A DNA stretch of 35,595 nt from Tubiluchus corallicola (taxonomy: Eukaryota; Animalia; Priapulida). Shown here piece by piece: positions 13,344 to 25,357 of the stretch. The DNA lies in assembly GCA_030141605.1 (NCBI GenBank), contig JAQGDQ010001541.1:1-35595 (forward strand), in the 5' to 3' direction. Position numbers and translations under genes: made by a program. Position 1 is the first letter of the stretch, and each line of letters begins with the position of its first letter. The notes under the pieces are model-generated. The model was given only the letters and a program-made list of their open reading frames with translations, had not been told where the DNA came from and did no database searches.

Positions 13344-13550
13344 TGGTTGTTGACATATAATTAGTAAATACAGAATTGTTTGTGTTTTAATGCCAGTTTC
13401 TTATGATATTTCAACTAAGTTGTGTATTTTCATATGATAAAAAGTTTTGCTTCATTGTGTAAATATCTCCTAGGAAAAATTAAAAATTTTAAAAAGTTTG
13501 ATCTTAAAATAAACATTGTCAATGTACTAACATGTTCTTAGCACTTTAAA

Positions 13551-13592
13551 TAATAATAATAATAACAATAATAATAATAATAATAATAATAA

Positions 13593-13623
<31 letters not shown>

Positions 13624-13763
13624 GTAATAGTAATAGTAATAGTAATAGTAATAGTAATAGTAATAGTAATAGTAATAGTAATAGTAATAGTAATAGTAAT
13701 AGTAATAGTAATAGTAATAGTAACAGTAACAGTAACAGTAACAGTAACAGTAACAGTAACAGT

Positions 13764-13834
<71 letters not shown>

Positions 13835-13835
13835 T
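13551..13835. repeat. Compound microsatellite (TAA)n-(TAATAG)n-(TAACAG)n-(CAACAG)n
   Basis: Four abutting blocks inside the hAT element; explains the poly-Leu ORF. Confidence 0.97.
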
Positions 13836-13908
13836 AAGATATTAACAGTAACGTACATGAGATATTATTAAAGGATTTTGTATGATACAGTATATGAGCA
13901 CCAATGCA

Positions 13909-14100
13909 CGGGTGATACCAGCCCTAGCGACGACCCGGGTGATACCAGCCCTAGCGACGCCCCGGGTGATACCAACCCTAGCGACGCCCCGGGTGAACCC
14001 AACCCTAGCGACGCCCCTGGTGACACCAACCCTAGCGACGCCCCGGGTGCCACCAGCCCTAGCGACGCCCCGTGTGACACCAGCCCTAGCGACGCCCCTG
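13909..14100. repeat. 27-bp tandem repeat x7 derived from the hAT right terminus
   Basis: Unit GGGTGATACCAGCCCTAGCGACGCCCC contains most of the TIR; explains the GDTSPSDAP ORF. Confidence 0.95.
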
Positions 14101-14594
14101 CTACACATGGCAGTCATTGTCTCTCTAAGTTCCTCTTATCTCAAATCGTTTATTCTAGCCGCTGTGCCGGTTACGAACTCAAACAGCAACATTCGTATCA
14201 AATTTTTCTTTTTTATATTTTCACGCTGTAGGATTTTCAAGTGTAAATAATAAAGTGTAAAACTTTAAACGCTGAGGCTTGTTATTTGGTGAAAACTGGA
14301 GTGACGTTTTATTTTGAGGCAGGAAATTTTGACTGGTAGATGAAATATTACCAGTTTATGAACACTAATTAATGAAATTATTAAATTTATGATGTTGATA
14401 GTTAGAAGCCATATGACCTTATTTTTATTCTTATTCTATAGACTGTAAATGTCTGAAACAAAATAAATAATAATATATATATATATATATAATGGCTACT
14501 TTGCAATTCGACTGCAAGTTTTTTCTGATTTCACATTCAGTTGTCTTTTTTTCTTGCATTTTCTTCTTGAATTTGGTGTTTCGATCATCGGTTT

Positions 14595-14691
14595 CGCTTG
14601 CATAAATCACGCTTGCATAAATCACGCTTGCATAAATCACGCTTGCATAAATCACGCTTGCATAAATCACGCTTGCATAAATCACGCTTGC
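14595..14691. repeat. 15-bp tandem repeat, about 6 copies (CGCTTGCATAAATCA)
   Basis: Perfect copies; explains the SVIYA ORF. Confidence 0.96.
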
Positions 14692-14752
14692 AAAGTTAAG
14701 CCAAAGTAGTAAAAATGTTTCCTTGAAACTCACATTGCTAAAAATGTTAGGC

Positions 14753-15089
14753 CATCATCATCATCATCATCATCATCATCGTCATCATCATACGCCCGTC
14801 ACGTCTATTGTAGACATTGGGCAGGCAGAATTCTAAAATAAAAGAAATCTGCTTTCATCATCATCATCATCATTATCATCATCATCATCGTCATCATACG
14901 CCCGTCACGTCTATTGTAGACATTGGGCAGGCAGAATTCTAAAATAAAAGAAATCTGCTTTCATCATCATCATCGTCATCATCATCATCATCGTCATCAT
15001 CATCATCATCATCATCGTCATCATCATACGTCCGTCACGTCTATTGTAGACATTGGGCAGGCAGAATTCTAAAATAAAAGAAATCTGCC

Positions 15090-15125
<36 letters not shown>

Positions 15126-15195
15126 GTCATCATACGCCCGTCAGGTGTGTTGTAGACATTGGGCAGGCAGAATTCTAAAATAAAAGAAATCTGCT

Positions 15196-15239
<44 letters not shown>

Positions 15240-15497
15240 ACGCCCGTCACGTCTACTGTAGACATTGGGCAGGCAGAATTCTAAAATAAAAGAAATCTGC
15301 CTTCATCATCATCATCATCATCATCATCGTCATCACACGCCCGTCACGTCTATTGTAGACATTGGGCAGGCAGAATTCTAAAATAAAAGAAATCTGCTTT
15401 CATCATCATCATCATCATCATCATCGTCATCATACGCCCGTCACGTCTATTGTAGACATTGGACAGGCAGAATTCTAAAATAAAAGAAATGTGCCTT
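14753..15497. repeat. Compound tandem repeat x6: variable (CAT)n plus a constant ~65-bp block
   Basis: The constant block is TACGCCCGTCACGTCTATTGTAGACATTGGGCAGGCAGAATTCTAAAATAAAAGAAATCTGC. The last unit continues into sequence also present at 25242-25357. Confidence 0.95.
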
Positions 15498-15579
15498 CAG
15501 ACAGGTAAACGCAGCAGTAATCCAGCAAGAAAAAGCTAGACACTGCTACGCCGGTGGCTTGTCAGCACCACTTCCGTTC

Positions 15580-15650
15580 AGAAGAGGTACGCAGTAGATC
15601 GCTAAATTTCCAAAGAGTACTTGGGGCTAGCAAGAGATTAGGAACCACTG
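15580..15650 (+). mobile_element. Possible right-end remnant of a hAT/Charlie-type element
   Basis: Ends ...TTAGGAACCACTG, the reverse complement of a CAGTGGTTCC-type TIR. No partner end was found. Confidence 0.35.
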
Positions 15651-15940
15651 CCCTAACCCTCACATTCGAAACATTTACAGAAAGAGAGACACTAATGTAA
15701 TTAAAATGGATATATATATTGTAAAAGAACTAACCCAAAATGATCTTATAGTAAATTGATTATACATTGATTATAAATTTTGGATATATATTTAGAATAA
15801 GTAATTCGTAATGCAAAATTGTCAGTTTGTTTAGTAAGAAATTTATTTAATGTACATAGTGTATAGACTTATTTAACATTTTTGTACTTTTGTGCCCTGC
15901 AAATAGAGGGCTTCTTGTATAATTTTCAATAAAGATTTTT

Positions 15941-15979
<39 letters not shown>

Positions 15980-16085
15980 CCTCATATTAGCCTGATAATG
16001 GTTACGATAATTATTAGCAAAATACGTTTCTTAGCTAAGAAACCACGTGGTCTGAGTTGACTCAGTGACGTTTTTCTCACTTCAG

Positions 16086-16233
16086 AAATCTACAAGGAAG
16101 AAAAATTAAAGTTTTTTCGTCTCCTGGCAACACTGCGATGTCACGTGGACACATTTCATGAGATCATGAACATTTCCATCACGAAGTTTCAAGCTATCCA
16201 TGACGACCGGGATCCAAAAGCGCAGGCGTACAG
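16086..16233 (+). CDS. Internal coding exon of the + strand gene, (E)IYKEEKLKFFRLLATLRCHVDTFHEIMNISITKFQAIHDDRDPKAQAY(R)
   Basis: Acceptor ttttttctcacttcag and donor CAG|gtaatt. It is 148 nt with a single open frame, phase 1 in and phase 2 out, matching both neighbours. It is absent from the ORF track. Confidence 0.85.
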
Positions 16234-16277
16234 GTAATTCTCACGCATACGCAGTTAAACCTGCTCCATATATGGTT

Positions 16278-16710
16278 GCGGCAGTATCGAGATCTAGCTC
16301 ATTGTTCAATAATAATGCTGTGAGATGGGCCACAGGTGGCTTAGTCACATACAGATAAATACATCCTCTTTTTACAAGGTAAACAGCCAGGATCAGCAAG
16401 GCGATCAAAACTATGTAGATGACTGTGGCAGTATCGGGATCTAGAGTATTGTTCAATAATAATGCTCTGAGATGGGCCACAGGTGGCTTAGTCACATACA
16501 GATATAATTACATCCTTTTTTTATAAGGTAAACAGCCACGATCAGCATGGCGATTAAAACTATGTAGATGATTGTGGCAGTATCGAGATCTAGCTTATTG
16601 TTTAATAATAATGCTCTGAGATGGGCCAGAGGTGCCTTAGTCACATACAGATATAATTACATCCTCTTTTTACAAGGTAAACAGCCACGATCAGCAAGGC
16701 GATTAAAACC
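16278..16710. repeat. ~148-bp tandem repeat x3
   Basis: GCAGTATCG anchor at 16281, 16428 and 16577. Confidence 0.93.
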
Positions 16711-17027
16711 GCCCAAAGCGAGTATTGAACCCAAGCCAGCACACATCCATTAATTAATCGCTTAATTTACCGGGTCGGAAAATAACCTGATCTGCAGTCG
16801 AAAAAGGGAATCCGGGCACCTCTTTCCTCCGTCTTTTCCTGCGCATGCGCACACAAACAAGGAGATTTAACCAATCACGTTTAAATATTTGAGCGATTTT
16901 TTTTCTATTGACACAATAAGTTCATTTATACCAAGTTACCACCAGGATAAGCAGATTGTTCAACTTTTGTTTGTACAACTCATTAACGAAACTCGAGTTT
17001 ATTTAACTTTGTTTTAACAAACTGTTG

Positions 17028-17096
17028 AGGTGGCGGATTCAAGCATCCCACTGTATAGTTTTCAGCACCCTCAACTGCTGCATGAATCCGCCCCCT
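17028..17096. mobile_element. 69-bp micro-MITE-like inverted-repeat element
   Basis: AGGTGGCGGATTCA / TGAATCCGCCCCCT, 13/14 inverted match; no TSD seen. Confidence 0.5.
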
Positions 17097-17302
17097 AAGG
17101 ATCAGATAAAGAAAAGACTGTATTCAGGTAAAGAAAGATGGATTCTTTGCTGATAAATATATCAATGACATCTTACAGGTGTTTAGGTTACATGATAGAT
17201 TTGAAATCAAAGCAAATTGTAGCAGATCAAATCTCGTTCATATTTTAGGTGAATTTTATAGTCAGGACACAAGTTGGTATTCAGTAGGGAAAGACTCAGT
17301 TA

Positions 17303-17955
17303 AGCCCATTTCACACTGAGGACTCAAGGACAAATTACGCACGGAATGTTTTCATGAAGTCAGAAAATTTTCGATTTTTTTCTCGAAATTCTATGCAGGA
17401 AGAAAGTTCATTTCACAGAGAAACCTCGCGGTTTTTTCCAGGCGTCCAGTTAGCTGCAGCTACTTTGCGAGTTTTATACTGTATGACTAGGTCTAAATTA
17501 AGTTATACTTGCTGTATTTCTCATATAGAAAGTGCAATTATTAATGTTAGTCAGTGTAATGTCACACCTGTTTGGTTTTTAGTAGAGTTCTACTAATCAC
17601 TTCAAAATCTGAAAATATACGTATATAAAATAACTATATACGTTTATTATTATTCTTTTGCATGAATATAACCATCAATGTTGCATTAAAAAAATAAAAT
17701 CATCAGACTGTTAAAATAGAGATTAAATCTTATAATTTTATGCTGAAATGTGTTAATTGTTGTTCGTTAAATAAGAAAGAAGTAATTGAGTAATTAAATT
17801 TAAGATGAAATTCCACGAGGATTCCTCGCGAAACTAGAACATGCAGTATTTCTACTATCCGGCAAAATTCCTCACAAGGAGGACGCATAGCTTCCAGCTA
17901 GCAACATAACTTCTCGCGAGGAATTTCGCTGCGCGTCCTCAGTGTGAAATGAGCT
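17303..17955. mobile_element. PIF/Harbinger (Tourist-like) MITE, 653 bp
   Basis: 21-bp TIRs AGCCCATTTCACACTGAGGAC / GTCCTCAGTGTGAAATGAGCT (1 mismatch), with a TTA duplication on both sides (17300-17302 and 17956-17958). A TWA TSD is characteristic of PIF/Harbinger. Confidence 0.9.
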
Positions 17956-18462
17956 TTAGATTGCTTTACTGTTTTAGGGTAGTGTGAACTGCAACTTTAA
18001 AACTCGGAAATTTTGCAGAAATTTCCCATTGAACAAGTAACATAATTCCGTTTTCTAATGAAAGATCTTAATGAAAAATTTCTGATGCAGTTAATTTATA
18101 TAGATTTAGAATTATGTCCTGTCAAGTTTTAGGACTCTTACAATTGCAATTGTTCAAATCTGTAGTTAATTAAAAATCTTTTTTTGTAGATTTACAAACT
18201 TTATTTCGTCTGTTTACTTTTGCTTAATATTCTAATTAAGTTAAAATCTAAAATCTTAATTCAAAATTCCAAAATTCTTGTAATTGTTATTTAGTATAGT
18301 AATTGTGATTGTGACAGGGCCAAAAGCTAAGAGGTTAATTTCATAGATGACCAGTCCGAGGAAAAAACTAGATTTAAAAACTGAACTCAGGCTGTTGTGC
18401 TGGGTGTTTATCAGCAAAGGATTTTCAATTAGATTTCTCTTTCTCGTAATGATTTATATAGG

Positions 18463-21400
18463 CAAGCTGACGGGGTCAAAGTTCACATTAACTCCAATAA
18501 GCTGACGGGGTCAAAGTTCACATTAACTCCTATAAGCTGATTGGGTCAAACTTCACATTAACTCCAATAAGCTAATGGGGTCAAAGTTCACATTAGCTCC
18601 AATAAGCTAATGGGGTCAAAGTTCACATTAATTTCAACAAGCTGGTGGGGTCAAAGTTCACATTAACTCCAACAAGCTGATTGGGTCAAAGTTCACATTA
18701 ACTCCTATAAGCTGGTAGGGTCAAAGTTCACATTAACTCCTATAAGCTAATACGATCAAACTTCACATTAACTCCAATAAGCTAATGGGGTCAAAGTTCA
18801 CATTAATTTCAACAAGCTGGTGGGGTCAAAGTTCACATTAACTCCAACAAGCTGATTGGGTCAAAGTTCACATTAACTCCAATAAGCTAATACGATCAAA
18901 CTTCACATTAACTCCAATAAGCTAATGGGGTCAAAGTTCACATTAATTTCAACAAGCTGGTGGGGTCAAAGTTCACATTAACTCCAACAAGCTGATTGGG
19001 TCAAAGTTCACATTAACTCCAATAAGCTGATACGGTCAAACTTCGCATTAACTCCAATAAGCTGATACGGTCAAAGCTCACATTAACTCCAATAAGCTGA
19101 TTGGGTCAAAGTTCACATTAACTCCAACAAGCTGGTGGGGTCAAATTTCACATTAACTCCAATAAGCTGATGGAGTCAAATTTCACATTAACTCCAATAA
19201 GCTGATACGGTCAAACTTCGCATTAACTCCAATAAGCTGATACGGTCAAACTTCGCATTAACTCCAATAAGCTGATACGGTCAAACTTCGCATTAACTCC
19301 AATAAGCTGATACGGTCAAAGTCACATTAACTCCAATAAGCTGATTGGGTAAAGTTCACATTAACTCCAACAAGCTGGTGGGGTCAAATTTCACATTAAC
19401 TCCAATAAGCTGATGGGTCAAATTTCACATTAACTCCAATAAGCTGATACGGTCAAACTTCGCATTAACTCCAATAAGCTGATACGGTCAAACTTGCATT
19501 AACTCCAATAAGCTGATACGGTCAACTTGCATTAACTCCAATAAGCTGATACGGTCAAAGTTCACATTAACTCCTATAAGCTGGTAGGGTCAAAGTTCAC
19601 ATTAACTCCTATAAGCTAATACGATCAAACTTCACATTAACTCCAATAAGCTAATGGGGTCAAAGTTCACATTAATTTCAACAAGCTGGTGGGGTCAAAG
19701 TTCACATTAACTCCAACAAGCTGATTGGGTCAAAGTTCACATTAACTCCAATAAGCTAATACGATCAAACTTCACATTAACTCCAATAAGCTAATGGGGT
19801 CAAAGTTCACATTAATTTCAACAAGCTGGTGGGGTCAAAGTTCACATTAACTCCAATAAGCTGATTGGGTCAAAGTTCACATTAACTCCAATAAGCTGAT
19901 ACGGTCAAACTTCGCATTAACTCCAATAAGCTGATACGGTCAAAGTTCACATTAACTCCAACAAGCTGATTGGGTCAAAGTTCACATTAACTCCAATAAG
20001 CTGATACGGTCAAACTTCGCATTAACTCCAATAAGCTGATACGGTCAAACTTTGCATTAACTCCAATAAGCTGATACGGTCAAAGCTCACATTAACTCCA
20101 ATAAGCTGATTGGGTCAAAGTTCACATTAACTCCAACAAGCTGGTGGGGTCAAATTTCACATTAACTCCAATAAGCTGGTGGGGTCAAATTTCACATTAA
20201 CTCCAATAAGCTGATACGGTCAAACTTCGCATTAACTCCAATAAGCTGATACGGTCAAACTTCGCATTAACTCCAATAAGCTGATACGGTCAAACTTCGC
20301 ATTAACTCCAATAAGCTGATACGGTCAAAGCTCACATTAACTCCAATAAGCTGATTGGGTCAAAGTTCACATTAACTCCAACAAGCTGGTGGGGTCAAAG
20401 CTCACATTAACTCCAATAAGCTGATTGGGTCAAAGTTCACATTAACTCCAATAAGCTGATACGGTCAAACTTCGCATTAACTCCAATAAGCTGATACGGT
20501 CAAACTTCGCATTAACTCCAATAAGCTGATACGGTCAAACTTCGCATTAACTCCAATAAGCTGATACGGTCAAAGTTCACATTAACTCCTATAAGCTGGT
20601 AGGGTCAAAGTTCACATTAACTCCTATAAGCTATGATCAAACTTCACATTAACTCCAATAAGCTAATGGGGTCAAAGTTCACATTAATTTCAACAAGCTG
20701 GTGGGGTCAAAGTTCACATTAACTCCAACAAGCTGATTGGGTCAAAGTTCACATTAACTCCAATAAGCTGATACGATCAAACTTCACATTAACTCCAATA
20801 AGCTAATGGGGTGAAAGTTCACATTAACTCCAGCAAGCTGATGGGGTCAAAGTTCACATTAACTCCAACAAGCTGATTGGGTCAAAGTTCACATTAACTC
20901 CAATAAGCTGATACGGTCAAACTTCGCATTAACTCCTATAAGCTGACGGGGTCAAACTTCACATTAACTCCAACAAGCTGATAGGATCAAAGTTCACATT
21001 AACTCCAATAAGCTGATACGATCAAACTTCACATTAACTCCAATAAGCTAATGGGGTCAAAGTTCACATTAATTTCAACAAGCTGGTGGGGTCAAATTTC
21101 ACATTAACTCCAACAAGCTGATTGGATCAAAGTTCACATTAATTTCAACAAGCTGGTGGGGTCAAATTTCACATTAACTCCAGTAAGCTGATGGAGTCAA
21201 ATTTCACATTAACTCCAATAAGCTGATGGAGTCAAACTTCATATTAACTCCAATAAGCTGATGGGGTCAAAGTTCACAGTAACTCCAATAAGCTGATGGG
21301 GTCAAAGTTCACATTAATTTCAACAAGCTGGTGGGGTCAAAGTTCACATTAACTCCAATGAGCTGATGGGGTGAAACTTCACATTAACTGCAACAAGCTG

Positions 21401-21637
21401 ATGGGGTCAAACTTCACATTAACTCCAATAAGCTGATGGGGTCAAAGTTCACATTAACTCCAACAAGCTGATACGATCAAATTTCACATTAACTCCAATA
21501 AGCTGATGGAGTCAAACTTCACATTAACTCCAATAAGCTGATGGGGTGAAACTTCACATTAACTCCAATAAGCTGATGGGGTCAAAGTTCACATTAATTT
21601 CAACAAGCCAATGGGTCAAAGTTCACATAAACTCCAG
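18463..21637. repeat. 35-bp intronic satellite, about 90 copies, with higher-order structure
   Basis: Unit AAGCTGATGGGGTCAAAGTTCACATTAACTCCAAT, period 35 (18481 to 18516). Confidence 0.98.
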
Positions 21638-21685
21638 CAAATGCTTCAAATGTTATGACGTAACTAACGTTGTTCATGTTTCTAG

Positions 21686-21824
21686 GGCAGTTATAAACGA
21701 TCTCTCCAGAGTTCTGATGTTACTCAACCGGAAGTCGACGATACTCATGCCACCTGACGGTAATCAGCTGCTCTGCTGGGCTGAAAGAGTCTTGCACAGA
21801 TTCAACAAGGAGAAGCAGCGACGG
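21686..21824 (+). CDS. Internal coding exon of the + strand gene, (R)AVINDLSRVLMLLNRKSTILMPPDGNQLLCWAERVLHRFNKEKQRR
   Basis: Branch point ACTAAC at 21663-21668, acceptor ttcatgtttctag and donor CGG|gtgagt. It is 139 nt, phase 2 in and phase 0 out, and lies in frame within ORF 21546-21872. Confidence 0.88.
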
Positions 21825-22591
21825 GTGAGTAATGATTTTAATTACGTGGGAGTCGGTCAAAAAGTCACGTGATCTGAAGCTAAATTTAGCCTAGATACTC
21901 ATCATTGCATTTGATGACATTAAAAATGTCAGTTAAAGGAGAAGATACCTGAAGGAGGTTTCTGAAAAATCGCCTTAAAATTATATTACTGTATAGCAAT
22001 TTTATGCATATATCGTGCTCGTGGTAAATAGAATTTTTGTTTGTCTTCATTTTATATCTCCCACAATTCCGCACCATTGCATGACGTCATATACGCACAA
22101 CGTAAATCAAGGAATGAACAGGCAATGTTAACTTAAACTGTGTCCCAAAAACTTTCCTTGCAAATCTATATTACTTAGCATTTGCTTACCTGCTGGAAAG
22201 ACTTATGTAACTAGAAATAATAATTTAAAAAGTTCGTGCCAATTGGTAAAATGTCGTTGACTCACCCTCCAGGGTGCGCCACGTACTAACCTAAAAGGTA
22301 TTTTTAATCTCATTGACAAGATACAGTAATTTAAAAAAATTTTAGTAACATTTCTGTTACATGAGCTCTGATTATTTTTCAAACTTCACGATGTTTCAAA
22401 CTTCACAATATCTAAACTTGTTTCAAACAACCTACTATTAAAATATCTGCGCTTAATGGAGTTTAAATTTACACATTATATACAGCGTTACTGCCGACGC
22501 AAGCCCTGTATGCAAAAAGGCAGTATGTAAGTGATATATAATTTCAAGACGATTTTTAGCTTCATGTAAGTGGAGAGTTTTCTTGTGCTTT

Positions 22592-23070
22592 AACTAGACG
22601 GAGGCTATTCAGTAGAAGTGCACATCCATGCCTTTGTATGAAGCCATTGTATTTGTTTTGACATTTTCTGACCTTTTGACCTTGAACTACCTTTTTGAAG
22701 CATAAAGAAATGGGATTCCAAGTCTTTCCCACACCCATACATCCATGTGCCAGGTTTCGTGATTATAACTTCTTTTGATTTGGTTCTATAGGTATTTTGG
22801 ATCTCACAACCTTGACCTTTAACCTTTTGTGATCCAAAAGGGTTACCCAAACATTTTGATGCATCCAAATGAAAAGGTTGATTACTGTAGCTTCATGCAT
22901 TTTAATTTCGTTATCATTTGGACAGACACACGCAAAAACAGGCAGACAGACGGACAGACAAAGACACACAGACCGACAAACAGACAAGCAGGCGGACAGG
23001 CACACACACACACGCACAGAAAGAGAGGACTAAAGAGTATCAGGAAAAACACCCCACCCCCAGCGTTTAT
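22592..23070. mobile_element. Probable non-autonomous interspersed repeat (Helentron/HINE-like layout)
   Basis: Repeated TGACCTT(T)GACCTT motifs followed by a degenerate (GACA)n/(CA)n tract. It is single-copy in this window, so the class is inferred from architecture only. Confidence 0.45.
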
Positions 23071-23156
23071 CAATCTCCTTTTGTCATTGCTCTTCCTAAT
23101 ACCTAAGTGTCCCTTAAAACAAGGATTATCTCAGCCCAAAAGCTGTTCTCTGCAGA

Positions 23157-23526
23157 TTAAGCTGAGGAACAAGACACGTTGCGCCATCTGTGGACGAAAA
23201 ACGAAATAAATCTGCATTATAACCGACTTTCGCGTAATAATCATTACACACAAATCGTGCAGGCTGTACAGCGTTCATTGCTAAGCTGAGGAACAAGACA
23301 CGTTGCGCCATCTGTGGACGAAAAACGAAACAAATCTGCATTATAACCGACTTTCGCGCAATAATCATTACACAAATCGTGCAGGCTGTACAGCGTTCAT
23401 TGCTAAGCTGAGGAACAAGGTACGTTGCGCCATCTGTGGAGAAAAAACGAAACAAATCTGCATTATAACCGACTTTCGCGCAATAATCATTACACAAGTC
23501 GTGCAGGCTGTACAGCGTCCATTGCT
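23157..23526. repeat. 122-124-bp tandem repeat x3
   Basis: AAGCTGAGGAACAAG at 23159, 23283 and 23405. Confidence 0.95.
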
Positions 23527-24735
23527 ATTAACTCAAAAAACTCGGAATTAGTGCCGGTGAGATAAGCGGAAGCCAAGCGTGACGTAATTTATGTAAAGAA
23601 GCCAGACAAGCATGCCTAGCAGCTCATTCTGAGATTCGCTTTACGTTGAGGTGATTTTAAAGGAAAGGATTACAGTTTTTCTGACCCTGTTTCATTTTGA
23701 GCTAAAATATTCAGTTTACTGTTTCTAATAATTATCAAAATGTTTCAAATAACTAAATATTAGCTTACAAACTTACGTAACTAATTAAATTAAATACAGA
23801 GAGCGATGACGTCACAGGTGGGGAAATTTTTTTGCTTACTTGAACTTTGAAATTATTGTGTTGCAGTGTGACCCTCAAAACTTGGAGAATTTTGAAGTTC
23901 ACAAGCTGTGCTAATGCTTGATTTTAAGAAACAGTCCTGTGACGTCATGACTGGATCGGTTCTACTGATCTGGTACTGCGCATATTTTGTGCGCAACACG
24001 TTTTCCAGAAGCAGGTGTTGAAAACTGAAAGCGTGCAACAACAAAAATTAACTTTTCGCGATAATAATTTATTAAATAGGCCAAGTATTCCGGGTTCAAT
24101 GCCCGGATGATGCAAACTTTATAAAGTCAGACAGAGATTTGTTGAAGAAAAATTGCCAGTAAACTTGTCCTGTGTAGTTCGTGCTAGTTATTTCTACGGA
24201 ACAGGTGCTGTGATGATAAAAACACCTGTCCGTTTACCTGCTGAATAGCTCAGGTTTCGTACCTGCTGTTCAACGCCATTATACAATGGCTTCGTTTGGA
24301 CGAGGCCACCACAATGTAGAGGGGTGGGTCATAGACATAGACATTTATATTTTCTCCAAATGTGTCACGAATTTCGCATTTTACGAAAAAAATAAATGGA
24401 ATTTCGGTCCGTGACAATATGCTAGACTACTTTGCTCTAGGGTCTTAAACTGGGTACCGTTTTCCTTTAATCACATTTCGGATGTCAATAAATTCGTCAG
24501 ATTTTATTGTAGGTTATATATGCCACTAAACTGATATGCGATTTTATAATAGAATGTTTAGAAGATGTCACGATTTACTGATGTAGTAAAGGCAGGTTTT
24601 TTAAACTCATGATTCGTATTTTTAATATCTGTACTTATTTTTAATATATTTTTTGTAAATTTTCGTAGCTTTTCAATAGTACAAGAGATGTAGTATTTCT
24701 TAATTTTCAGTGTAGATTTTAAATTTTATGACATT

Positions 24736-24737
<2 letters not shown>

Positions 24738-24815
<78 letters not shown>

Positions 24816-24869
24816 TATCATCATCGTCGTCGTCGTCGTCGTCACCGTCATCGTCATCATCATCATCAT
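24738..24869. repeat. (CAT)n/(CGT)n microsatellite
   Basis: Directly visible. Confidence 0.96.
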
Positions 24870-25241
24870 ATGTCCATTAGGTCTATGCTTTTGTTTTGGT
24901 TATGAATGTGGTTAATGATTTAATACGTTTGCTTTCCACTGGCGCATTTTATAACACACCACAGGCAGTTATCGAGTGCAGCTTTTATATAAGTGCCACA
25001 TAACGAACAGGTGCAAGGTATTGCACAACAAGCAGTTGCGCAGCCTGCTTGAACATAAAAGCTATGCAAATACATGTAAGTAATAATGACAACGTAGAAA
25101 CTAGGTTAATAGCGTTTCTAATACACCACAAGTAATTGTTAATCTGCATATTACATATTAAATAATCATAAATTCTCAAAAGAGATGGGTGGGGCAGAAC
25201 TATCACCCTAGGGCGTCGTAAAGTCTGGATACGCCCTGACT

Positions 25242-25357
25242 ATTGGGCAGGCAGAATTCTAAAATAGACGAAATTTGTCCCCAAGACAGCTAAACACAGC
25301 TGTAATCCAGCAAAAAACGAAACACTGCTATGCCAGTGGTATGTCAGCACCACTTCC
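25242..25357. mobile_element. Second copy of the dispersed repeat at about 15458-15575
   Basis: ATTGGGCAGGCAGAATTCTAAAATA...GTAATCCAGCAA...ACACTGCTA(C/T)GCC(G/A)GTGG..TGTCAGCACCACTTCC is shared between the two sites. Confidence 0.85.

Larger units (their letters stand above)
13069..14100 (+). mobile_element. Internally deleted, non-autonomous hAT-superfamily DNA transposon
   Basis: TIRs CAGTGGCGTCGCTAGGG / CCCTAGCGACGCCCCTG (16/17 match) enclose a hAT transposase C-terminal remnant. No 8-bp TSD is recognisable (ACTGATCT vs CTACACAT). Confidence 0.85.
21937..24466. mobile_element. Possible decayed TTAA-flanked (Kolobok-like) DNA transposon with nested insertions
   Basis: TTAA|AGGAGAAGATACCT at the left end and GGGTACCGTTTTCCT|TTAA at the right end form imperfect TIRs. 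The pairing of the two ends is uncertain. Confidence 0.35.

Noticed and set aside
13538-14250. Poly-Leu ORF and mucin-like GDTSPSDAP ORF
   Set aside because: They derive from the compound microsatellite and the 27-bp hAT terminal array.
16840-16880. Perfect TGCGCATGCGCA (NRF1-type) palindrome and CCAAT box
   Set aside because: These are isolated short intronic motifs, and function cannot be supported from sequence alone.
18463-21637. 35-bp array as a CRISPR array
   Set aside because: Head-to-tail monomers with no unique spacers.
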